Assembly: GCA_964579415.1 (NCBI GenBank) | Contig: CAZOGW010000002.1 | Span: forward strand, 14,612 to 78,611 | DNA length: 64,000 bases | Direction: 5' to 3' | From: an uncultured Acidimicrobiaceae bacterium | GTDB lineage: Bacteria > Actinomycetota > Acidimicrobiia > Spongiisociales > UBA5794 | Part shown: one piece after another, positions 9,973-17,963 of the stretch | Numbering within the stretch: the stretch's first letter is position 1 | Layout of the letters: the number at the start of each line of letters is the position of its first letter | The notes under the pieces: generated by a model | Told to the model about the DNA's origin: nothing | The model's database searches: none | Seen by the model: only the letters and a program-made list of their open reading frames with translations | Position numbers and translations under genes: made by a program

Positions 9973-11154
9973 ATGGATGTCCCCAAGGTGACAGCACGAA
10001 GCCGGACGCCGCGACACCTGCGGAGCCCCGTCGTGGCGGTGGGGCTGACGCTGGTCCTGGTGACGGCGATGTCGCTGGTGCGGGTGGCGCCGACGTTGGC
10101 GGCCGACTCGATCGCCACCCCGGACAGCGCCGGCGCATCCATCTCGCCGGCAGGCCGCGCTGCGCCGCCGCCGACCTGCAACGGCGTACCGGCAACGATC
10201 CTGGGCACGTCCGACAGCGAGTGGATCATCGGCACACCCGGCGACGATGTGATCCATGCCGGGGCAGGCGACGACTTCGTTTCCGGCGGAGGCGGCGACG
10301 ACATCATCTGCGGGGGCGCCGGCAACGACAACCTCCAGGGCGGCGAAGGTGAGGACGAGCTCCACGGTGGGGCCGGCAGCGACATCCTCCGAGGCGGCCC
10401 CGGCGCCGACAAACTGTGGGGCGGCGCCGGCGACGACAACATGTGGGGTCACCAGGACGACGACAGCATGTGGGGCGGCGCCGGCAACGACAACCTCCGA
10501 GGCGGGACCGGGGACAACCAGATCCACGGCGGTTCCGGCAACGACACCCTCAACAGTGGCTGGGGCAACGACGTGCTCTGGGGCGATTCCGGTAATGACC
10601 TCCTCAACGGCGGCGGCGGCAACGATTCCCTCCACGGCCAGGCGGGTGCCGACAGGCTCATCGGAGGCTCCGGCGACGACACACTCAGCGGAGGCGCCGG
10701 CGACGACAAGCTGTGGGGCCGCTCCGGAGACGACACCCTCAGCGGTGGCGCCGGTAACGACCTGCTCTACGGCGAGGAGGACACCGACACGCTCGACGGC
10801 GGGCGCGGTGACGACAAGCTGCGGGGCGGGCCAGGCAATGACGACCTCCGTGGCGGCATCGGCAACGACAAGCTGTGGGGTGATTCCGGCAACGACGAGC
10901 TCCGGGGCGGCAAGGGCAACGACATCCTCAGAGGCGGTACCGGGCACGACAAGCTGTGGGGCGGCGCCGGCAACGACACCCTCAACGGCTTCGCCGGCAA
11001 TGATCAGCTCTACGGAGAACCCGGCAACGACACCCTCAACGGCGGCGGCGACGACGACCGGCTTCGGGGAGGCCCGGGCAGGGACATCTGCAACGGCAAC
11101 CACGGCATCGACACCGCCGACAGCACCTGCGAGACGAAGACCGGCGTCCCCTGA
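9973..11154 (+). CDS. Secreted RTX (hemolysin-type Ca2+-binding nonapeptide) beta-roll repeat protein with no other recognised domain
   Basis: Good SD (gggagga) 13 nt upstream of the ATG and a Sec-type signal peptide (RHLRSPVVAVGLTLVLVTAMSLVRVAPTLAADS). About 30 GGxGxDxLx repeats, a CxxxxATIxGTxxDxxI N-cap and a C-terminal CNGNHGIDTADSTCETKTGVP cap. Confidence 0.85.
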   Translation: MDVPKVTARSRTPRHLRSPVVAVGLTLVLVTAMSLVRVAPTLAADSIATPDSAGASISPAGRAAPPPTCNGVPATILGTSDSEWIIGTPGDDVIHAGAGDDFVSGGGGDDIICGGAGNDNLQGGEGEDELHGGAGSDILRGGPGADKLWGGAGDDNMWGHQDDDSMWGGAGNDNLRGGTGDNQIHGGSGNDTLNSGWGNDVLWGDSGNDLLNGGGGNDSLHGQAGADRLIGGSGDDTLSGGAGDDKLWGRSGDDTLSGGAGNDLLYGEEDTDTLDGGRGDDKLRGGPGNDDLRGGIGNDKLWGDSGNDELRGGKGNDILRGGTGHDKLWGGAGNDTLNGFAGNDQLYGEPGNDTLNGGGDDDRLRGGPGRDICNGNHGIDTADSTCETKTGVP

Positions 11155-11156
11155 CG

Positions 11157-11180
11157 TGGAGACGCCATAGACGTCTCCGC
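11157..11180. terminator. Possible bidirectional hairpin terminator between convergent genes
   Basis: GGAGACG-ccataga-CGTCTCC stem-loop sits between the stop of the RTX gene (+) and the stop of the LicD gene (-). No clear U-tract, as is usual for high-GC genomes. Confidence 0.4.
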
Positions 11181-11188
11181 CGGCAGGC

Positions 11189-13249
11189 TCAGCGGGCACC
11201 GCCGTTGTGCATGGCGAACGAACCGATCTCGACGCCCTGGCGGCGGGCGACTTCGTTGGCCTCGAGAAGAAGCCGGGCCTCCGAGGGCGCCAGATACGTG
11301 CTCTTGAGCACGTTCATGATCTGTTTGGACCGGTAGTACCGGAAGCCCGGGTTGGGTGTCCGCCAGTCCGGCCCGTAGGTGCCGGCGAGCAGGAGATCGG
11401 GGTCTCTCGGGACCAGGATCTCGGTGCCCAGCATCTCCCGGCGCTGCACCGGTAGGTAATCGGCCGGGGTGGCAGGGATGGCGTCGTAACCCCAGGCGCG
11501 CCCGTCACGGAACCAGATCGGGTACACGTCGATGTCGATGTCGCCGATCCACACCTTGAACAGGCCGCCGCCGTGGCGGGTGGTCACGTCGAGCCCGGCC
11601 CGCAGCACCGTGTCCACCACCTGGAGAGCCTGCGCCTTGACCTGGACCGGGTCGGTGCAGGCGGTGAGGTATCCCACGTCGAGATCGTCGTCGCCGGGAA
11701 TGAACCGACCGTCCCGATGGCAACCCAGCAGTGTCCCGTACAGCACGAAGAGCTCGACCTCGAGCTCCGTCGCGAACACCTCGCGGACGGCCGTGTAGGC
11801 CCCGAGCAGCTCCTCGGGGGAACGGCCCACCGAGTCCGGCGACACCAGGGCGCCCTTCTTGGTGAACAGCTCACCACGGTCGAGCCGGTCGAACAGGAGA
11901 CCGTCGCCGTGGGGAACGGACACGGTGAGTTCGACCCCACCGAGATCGGCTGCCAGCGGTGCAGGCCCGGCCGTCACCGAGATACGAGAGGAGGCGGGGA
12001 AGGTGGCCAGCGCAGAGTGGCGCACGGTGAACGTGAAGGCGGGGTGCGAGAACTGCCGGTTGAGATCGACCTGCTTGATGGGCCGCCCGTCGACGGCCAC
12101 GGTGACGGTGGGCACCGATCGATCGGCGGCCCGGCCACGGATCCGGAGACCGAGGTGGGTGACGTCCACGGAGAACTCACCTGCGGGGTCGCGGTCGATG
12201 CCGACGCCCCCGGCGGCGGGCAGGACGTCCACGGCCAGAGACGGCTCGACTCGATCGGGGGAACCGATGCGGCACCGGCAGTAGGCGCGGCGGAACTCCC
12301 ACTCCAGGGAGGCGAAGTGCGTCCAAGGTTCGTCGATCGCCGCCAGAACGCCCAGCGCGGTGTCGTAGACCTCCACCGCCTCGGCGAAGCGCCCGAGATG
12401 CTCCAGGGCCTCCCCGTGATGGAACAGCCAGCTCGGCGGAGCCGGACGGCGTCGCAGGGTGATCGCAAGCGGCCAGCGCCGCACCGCCGCCCGCCAGTCG
12501 CGACGGTCGCTGGCGACCCGAGCCGATGCGGCGTGGATGACGCTGGAACGGGGATAGACCTCCCAGCCGGCCTGCACCGCCGCCTCGGCACCCTCCAGGT
12601 CACCCTGTTTGCGCAGGGCTTCGGCCAGGTCGGAATACGCACCCGAGGGACCCGTACCGAACGCCTGCAGGGCGGCGTCGAGCATCTCAGCCGCCTCGGG
12701 ATACGATCCGCCGGCGGCGAACGCCCTTCCCGCCCTCCACATGGTGGTGGGATGCGACGTGAGCCGGGCCCGGCGCCGGTACGCCTCGGCGGCGACGTCC
12801 CAGTCCCCGTGCACCGTCGCCGCGCCGCCGAGACGACGCAGCAGGGAAGGACTTCCGGCGAGGGCGAAGGCGCGGTCGATCTCCGCCGACGACGCCTCGA
12901 CCCGGGCGAGGTGGGCGTGGGCGCGGGCGAGCTCGTAGTGCCACACCGGGTCGCCGCGGCCGGTTCGCTCCAGTGACAGGCGCCACGCTTCAGCCGCCTC
13001 TTCCCACCTTCCGGAGGCCGCGGCCCATCGTGCCTCGCAGATCGAACCGAAGGCCGACGGGGCGGCGAAACGCCCCAACCGGTAGGACTGGGCTTCCGCC
13101 CTCCCGGTGACGGAGCGGAGCCGCCGGCCCGGGGCGGAGCGGCGGAAGACGTCACGGGCGACTGCGGTGAATCCGTGGCGGCGAGCCAGCATGGAGCGCA
13201 GGCGGCGGTCCAGCGGGATGCGAAGAATCTCTGGGTCGGCCATCGCCAT
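11189..13249 (-). CDS. TPR-repeat N-terminal domain fused to a LicD-family (LicD/fukutin-type) phosphotransferase domain
   Basis: The C-terminal half carries LFVLYGTLLGCHRDGRFIPGDDDLDVGY...GGLFKVWIGDIDIDVYP (LicD nucleotidyltransferase-fold DxD motifs). The N-terminal approximately 400 aa are Ala/Arg-rich helical repeats (TPR-like). Start chosen at MAMADPEIL; the ORF is open upstream to 13303. Confidence 0.75.
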   Translation of the reverse strand: MAMADPEILRIPLDRRLRSMLARRHGFTAVARDVFRRSAPGRRLRSVTGRAEAQSYRLGRFAAPSAFGSICEARWAAASGRWEEAAEAWRLSLERTGRGDPVWHYELARAHAHLARVEASSAEIDRAFALAGSPSLLRRLGGAATVHGDWDVAAEAYRRRARLTSHPTTMWRAGRAFAAGGSYPEAAEMLDAALQAFGTGPSGAYSDLAEALRKQGDLEGAEAAVQAGWEVYPRSSVIHAASARVASDRRDWRAAVRRWPLAITLRRRPAPPSWLFHHGEALEHLGRFAEAVEVYDTALGVLAAIDEPWTHFASLEWEFRRAYCRCRIGSPDRVEPSLAVDVLPAAGGVGIDRDPAGEFSVDVTHLGLRIRGRAADRSVPTVTVAVDGRPIKQVDLNRQFSHPAFTFTVRHSALATFPASSRISVTAGPAPLAADLGGVELTVSVPHGDGLLFDRLDRGELFTKKGALVSPDSVGRSPEELLGAYTAVREVFATELEVELFVLYGTLLGCHRDGRFIPGDDDLDVGYLTACTDPVQVKAQALQVVDTVLRAGLDVTTRHGGGLFKVWIGDIDIDVYPIWFRDGRAWGYDAIPATPADYLPVQRREMLGTEILVPRDPDLLLAGTYGPDWRTPNPGFRYYRSKQIMNVLKSTYLAPSEARLLLEANEVARRQGVEIGSFAMHNGGAR

Positions 13250-13410
13250 TTTCCGAATCCCCGTCCGTTCCCGGTAGGCCCCACCGCCCGTCGATGGCCG
13301 CATCCTATCGACGGGCCGTTCCGCGGTCGAGGCTCACACGCGCCACCGGCGAACCCGCTCATCCTCCGGCGACCCCGCCCGCAGGCAGGTGCCGGCGCCG
13401 ACCATGGCGC

Positions 13411-14472
13411 CTACCGGGGAAGGCGGCTCTGATAGAAGCGGCGGACCTCATCGGTGGGCCAGCGGAAGCGGCGCGCCACCTGCGGAGCCAGGGCGACGGC
13501 GGCGGCGGTGGGCGCGGCGTCGGCGAGGGCATGGCGGATGCCGGTTCCGAGAGCTTTGTGGTCGCCGGGCAGCACCCAGGTGACGGCGTCGCCGGCGTCG
13601 AGCATGACGCGGCTGCCGGGCAGGTCGCTGGCGACCACGGGGACACCCGCCGCCAGGTACTCGTAGAGCTTGGTGGGTTGGGAGTGGCGGTAGTTGGGAA
13701 GGTCCCGCAGCGGGACCACCGCCACCGCGTGGCGGGCCACCAGGGGCAGGGCCTGGTCGTGGGCGAGGAACCCGGTCATGTGCAGGTCCACACCGGAGTC
13801 CTGCGCCTGGGACTCGAGATGCAGGCGCAGGTCGGCCGAGCAACGGCCGATGAGGGTGAGGCGCGGGGGCGGCGACAGGTCGGCCACGGCGGCGACGAGG
13901 ACGTCGGCTCCGCGGTCGCGGGTGATGTCGCCCAGGTACACGACGCCATCTCGCTGGGCTGCGGGTACCACCGGGATCTGGGGGCCGGTGAGCAGGTTGG
14001 GGAACACCGGGTGGGGGCGGCGGAAGAACCGCCGGTATCCCTCCTCGGCCAGTGTCACCTCACCGGTGCGCTCGGCGAGGCGGAGCAGCCAGCGGGCCAC
14101 GGTGGCGGCGACCGGCCTGAGCGGGCGCGGGACGACCTGTTTGTGAGCCATCTGCGATGCCAGGTTCTCGTGGAGGTCGAACACCACCCGCCGCCTCAGC
14201 AGGCCCGCCAGGATCGTCGCCGGCAGCAGTTCCGGGTCGTGGACCGACGCCACGTCGTAGTCGCCGGCGAGTATCCGCCACGAAGCCCGCAGCGAGCGGG
14301 AGAGCCGCCCCCCGGGAAGCAGTTCCACGGTGATCCCCTGCGACGATTCCGGGCCCGGCGCCCGCACCGCGTAGCGGACGTCGGCGACGGTACGCAGCGA
14401 CTCGATCAGCTTGAGGCGGATGCGGGGGTCGTCGGGCGGGTGGACCGAGGTGACGACCAGGATGCGTTTCAC
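13411..14472 (-). CDS. GT4-family (GT-B) glycosyltransferase
   Basis: The C-terminal E-x7-E region (KLYEYLAAGVPVVASDLPGSRVML). A GTG start at 14472 avoids overlap with the dehydrogenase; a longer in-frame extension to 14589 is unlikely because it lies inside the upstream gene. Confidence 0.7.
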   Translation of the reverse strand: MKRILVVTSVHPPDDPRIRLKLIESLRTVADVRYAVRAPGPESSQGITVELLPGGRLSRSLRASWRILAGDYDVASVHDPELLPATILAGLLRRRVVFDLHENLASQMAHKQVVPRPLRPVAATVARWLLRLAERTGEVTLAEEGYRRFFRRPHPVFPNLLTGPQIPVVPAAQRDGVVYLGDITRDRGADVLVAAVADLSPPPRLTLIGRCSADLRLHLESQAQDSGVDLHMTGFLAHDQALPLVARHAVAVVPLRDLPNYRHSQPTKLYEYLAAGVPVVASDLPGSRVMLDAGDAVTWVLPGDHKALGTGIRHALADAAPTAAAVALAPQVARRFRWPTDEVRRFYQSRLPR

Positions 14473-14479
14473 CGGAGGC

Positions 14480-15772
14480 TCATAAGGCGAAGACGTTGTC
14501 CCGGTCGAGGCGGTTGCGTCGATAGGCGCCGCGGGTGTCGAGCACGGTGGGGACCGCATCGGCGATGGCCCCGAGATCGAGCGAGGCATGATCGGTGAGG
14601 ATCACCGCCAGCTGGTACCCGCCGAGGGCATCCCCGCCGGCGGGGGTGAAGCCGTGGGCGGCGATGCGCTCTTCACCCACCAGCGGATCGAGGACCCCGA
14701 TCTCGGCCCCGCGGTCCGCCAGCAGCCGCAGCACGTCGATCGACGCCGATTCGCGGTCGTCGGCGACGTTGGGTTTGTAGGCGATCCCGACGCCGAGTAT
14801 CCGGGTGCCGGCGATCGGTAGGCGACGCTCGTTGAGCAGCGCGGCGACGCGTTCGACGGTGTAGGTGGGCATCGCCTTGTTCACCTGCTCGGCGAGGTCG
14901 ATGAACCTGGTGGCGACGTTGGCCTCCTTGGCCCGCCATGCCAGGTACTGCGGGTCGAGCGGTATGCAGTGCCCGCCGACTCCGGGGCCCGGATAGAACG
15001 CCTGGAAGCCGAAAGGCTTGGTGGCGGCCGCGTCGACCACCTCCCAGATGTCGATGTCCAGCTCGTGGGCCAGTTGCGCCATCTCGTTGATCAGCGCGAT
15101 GTTGACGGAGCGGTAGGTGTTCTCCAGGAGCTTGGCCATCTCGGCGATGCGCGCCGACGACACCGGATGCACCGAGGACACGACGCGGCGATAGGCGGCT
15201 GCGGCCACCTCGGTGGAGACGGGAGAAACGCCGCCGACCACCTTGGGTATGTCCCCCGTAGAGATGTCCCGACCCGGGTCGACCCGCTCCGGCGAGAAGG
15301 CGACGAACACGTCCTCGTCAAGGACCAGCCCGCCGGAGGTGGCTGCCTCCACCATCACCTCCTCGGTGGTCCCCGGGTATGTCGTCGACTCGAGCGACAC
15401 CAGTGTTCCCGGCTTCACCACGGCGGCGACGGTCTCCGCGGCCGAGTGGATGTAGGAGAGGTCGGGTTCGCGGTGGCGGCCCAGCGGGCTGGGGACGCAG
15501 ACGAAGATCGCGTCCGCTGCAGTGAGCACGGCAGGGTGGGTGGACACGGTCAGCCCTGCGTCGAGGGCGTCGCGCAGCGTAGCCCCGGGCACGTCGCCGA
15601 TCGTCGAGCGCCCCGAGGCCAGCCGCTCCACATGCTCCTCGGACACGTCGAAACCGAGGACGCCCAACCCCTTCTGTGTCATGCCGACCGCCAGCGGCAA
15701 TCCGACATAGCCGAGACCGATCACCCCGGCTGTCCAGGGCTCCTCGGCGAAGAATCGGGCGCGATCGTGCAT
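14480..15772 (-). CDS. UDP-glucose/GDP-mannose dehydrogenase family nucleotide-sugar 6-dehydrogenase
   Basis: N-terminal Rossmann motif VIGLGYVGLPLAV and catalytic-Cys region GGHCIPLDP; 430 aa. Confidence 0.85.
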   Translation of the reverse strand: MHDRARFFAEEPWTAGVIGLGYVGLPLAVGMTQKGLGVLGFDVSEEHVERLASGRSTIGDVPGATLRDALDAGLTVSTHPAVLTAADAIFVCVPSPLGRHREPDLSYIHSAAETVAAVVKPGTLVSLESTTYPGTTEEVMVEAATSGGLVLDEDVFVAFSPERVDPGRDISTGDIPKVVGGVSPVSTEVAAAAYRRVVSSVHPVSSARIAEMAKLLENTYRSVNIALINEMAQLAHELDIDIWEVVDAAATKPFGFQAFYPGPGVGGHCIPLDPQYLAWRAKEANVATRFIDLAEQVNKAMPTYTVERVAALLNERRLPIAGTRILGVGIAYKPNVADDRESASIDVLRLLADRGAEIGVLDPLVGEERIAAHGFTPAGGDALGGYQLAVILTDHASLDLGAIADAVPTVLDTRGAYRRNRLDRDNVFAL

Positions 15773-15836
15773 TGAATATCCCTGGGTCGGGGTGCGGCGA
15801 TTCTAGGAGGAGCTTCCCGCCTACGACACGTCAGCC

Positions 15837-17963
15837 TCAGGGTCCGATGCGAGTGAGCGTTCGGTCACCGGGGTCGCCATCGACGAGGAGGATGTCGATC
15901 TGGTTGCTGCCACTCACCAGGCTGCTCGGAGGCAGGAGGACATCGAACAGCTCTGGGTCGTCCGCCGACTGGTGAGATCTCGTCACCGCCACCACGACCC
16001 CGTTGACGCCCACTGCGAGCAGCGCGGGATCCGACCCTACCTCTGGACGTTCCAGGGTGCCCCTGATCATGATGGGGAGGACCGCGGCGGAGATATCGAC
16101 GTCGGCGAGCGCCTGGGCGCCCTCCGCCGACGCCACCAGCGGAGAGGTTCCGGAGGGGAACTGGTCGACGGCGACACCGAGAAGGTCGGCGGTGCCGTCC
16201 GGGACCAGGTCGTACGGAGTGCCGCCACGGAAGATCTCCACCTTGCGAGCGGCGGCGGCCAGCTTCTCCTCGCCACCGGCCCCGAAGTCGACCGTCCCAC
16301 CGCCGACGATGGTGCTCCCGCTTCGCTCCGGCCGGTCTGTGGCGAGGAGGGATGTCCCCTCCACTTCCCAGGGGAGGGCGAGGCCGATGGCGTCCGCCAT
16401 GGTGGGAAGGATGTCGTGGATCTCGGCGCGGTAGTCGTCGATGCCGCCGGTTTCCTGACGAGGGGTCTTGATGAACAGCGGGATGGCGGCGATCTCGCCG
16501 ACGCTGTCCTCGGTGGCGGCGCGCCGGTTCTCCACGTCGGGGCGGAACACGATGCCGTGGTCGGCGGCGACTACGAGCAGGGTCTCGTCGTAGATACCGA
16601 GAGCCTCGAGCCGGGCGATGAGCCGCCCGATCAGGGTGTCGACGAACTGGACCTGGAGGAGGTGACGCTGGTACACCTGGTTCACCGGCCACGGGTCGCT
16701 GAGCCACGTGTTCCCGTCAGCGCCGAGTTGGGGTCGCGGCGGCACGAAACTCTGCCCGTCGGGCAGGTACTCCCAGCGGCCATGGGGGAGCATCACGTGG
16801 ATGAAGTCGAGCGTCGGACGCTCACCGCGCACATCGATGCCGTCGACGAACCCCTCGAACGTCGCCTTGCGACCGGCGCGGACCGCTTCGTTGAAGAGCG
16901 CCCGCACCGCGTCCGGATCCGAGAACCCGGCAACGGGTTCCGCCGGCACATCAGCGACCTCTGCGAACGCCCCCCATGCCTGGTCGATGGGGGGAAGGGA
17001 CCGGGTGAGGTCCTCGGGAAGGAGCATGTGGGCGGCCACAACCCGCAGATCCGCGGCCATGGCCCGCCATCTCTCCCGATTCGGGACAGGATCGAGCGGG
17101 GACTCCTCGCACACCAGCGGGGGGCACAAGGCGGTGATCGGCTCCATGGCGTCCACGTCGTAGACGCCGCCGAGAAGCGTGAACAGGTTGCGGGGATGGT
17201 CGAAGGCGGTGGGGGTCTCCTCCAGGTCGGGCGTATAGCCGGTCAGTGCCGCCGGGACAGCCCACTGCGTCAGCCGCGCCGTGGTGACGGCGTTGCGGTA
17301 CCAAGTGGCGTCGCCGGCAAGGCGGGCGAAGGCGGGATAGAGGTCGGACTGCAGCTCGCCCTCACCGTCGATGAGTGAGGCCACCGGGAACTCGTCGAAC
17401 ATCACCATCACGATGGGTGGGGGATCGGCGACGACTACGCCCGCCACGGCCACCGTGTCGGAGGCGGTGACGAGACGGGAGGCGGGAGAGAGAAAGAGAA
17501 AGAACGCCGGTACCGCCAGGACGGCCACCGACCCGAACACGAGCAGGGATCTCACCGGCTCGAACCTGAAGTAGGCCACCGCCGAGACCAGCCCGAGGAG
17601 GAACGCCAGCAACAGCTGCACCGGCCCCGGGAGCGAGCCCAGCGGAGTATGCCTCAGGATCACGGCGGCAAGCACCCCGGCGAGGACGGTGAGCACCGCT
17701 CCGTGAAACAGGCGGCCCGCCGTGCCGTTCAGCGAGTATGCACACAGGACGACGAGGCCCACCAGGATGGGCAGGAGGATCCCGGCGACAAGCGCCAGCA
17801 GGACCACCTCGGCTCGGGTGGCGTCAGCGGCCACGAAGAATTCGGGGTTGTCCCCCAGCAGGTTGAGGACGGGCTGCACAATGCCCAACACGAGCAAGGT
17901 GGCACAGGAGGTGATGATCTCGACAGGCCCGATGTCTCGCCCCGCCGGAGGGGCCTCAGCCAT
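15837..17963 (-). CDS. Polytopic membrane protein with an extracytoplasmic alkaline-phosphatase-superfamily (LtaS/sulfatase-like) domain
   Basis: Five or six N-terminal TM helices, then MVMFDEFPV...VVAADHGIVF, typical of LTA-synthase/phosphoethanolamine-transferase-like enzymes. Start taken at MAEAPPAG; an alternative ATG lies at 17990. Confidence 0.6.
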   Translation of the reverse strand: MAEAPPAGRDIGPVEIITSCATLLVLGIVQPVLNLLGDNPEFFVAADATRAEVVLLALVAGILLPILVGLVVLCAYSLNGTAGRLFHGAVLTVLAGVLAAVILRHTPLGSLPGPVQLLLAFLLGLVSAVAYFRFEPVRSLLVFGSVAVLAVPAFFLFLSPASRLVTASDTVAVAGVVVADPPPIVMVMFDEFPVASLIDGEGELQSDLYPAFARLAGDATWYRNAVTTARLTQWAVPAALTGYTPDLEETPTAFDHPRNLFTLLGGVYDVDAMEPITALCPPLVCEESPLDPVPNRERWRAMAADLRVVAAHMLLPEDLTRSLPPIDQAWGAFAEVADVPAEPVAGFSDPDAVRALFNEAVRAGRKATFEGFVDGIDVRGERPTLDFIHVMLPHGRWEYLPDGQSFVPPRPQLGADGNTWLSDPWPVNQVYQRHLLQVQFVDTLIGRLIARLEALGIYDETLLVVAADHGIVFRPDVENRRAATEDSVGEIAAIPLFIKTPRQETGGIDDYRAEIHDILPTMADAIGLALPWEVEGTSLLATDRPERSGSTIVGGGTVDFGAGGEEKLAAAARKVEIFRGGTPYDLVPDGTADLLGVAVDQFPSGTSPLVASAEGAQALADVDISAAVLPIMIRGTLERPEVGSDPALLAVGVNGVVVAVTRSHQSADDPELFDVLLPPSSLVSGSNQIDILLVDGDPGDRTLTRIGP

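Noticed and set aside
9562-11199. 545-aa minus-strand ORF antisense to the RTX protein gene; also 10256-11170 (+), 8760-10442 (-), 7107-8066 (-), 7748-8920 (-), 6153-7073 (-), 1473-2270 (-), 11573-12976 (+), 11974-13362 (-), 19468-20601 (+), 18123-19433 (-), 20608-22479 (+), 22540-24078 (+), 25727-26836 (+), 35251-36030 (+), 35852-36766 (+), 38812-40020 (+), 40934-42160 (+), 42160-45753 (+), 45820-46896 (+), 46085-47569 (+), 47451-48368 (+), 48613-49899 (-), 50089-51390 (+), 51071-52978 (+), 53747-54883 (+), 53790-56255 (-), 56791-57909 (+), 58692-59945 (-), 60892-61647 (+), 62017-62934 (+)
   Set aside because: All are shadow ORFs opposite or out of frame with genes that carry strong family motifs. 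Their translations are dominated by Arg/Gly/Pro/Ala runs with no motifs, as expected from stop-codon-poor frames in about 70% GC DNA.
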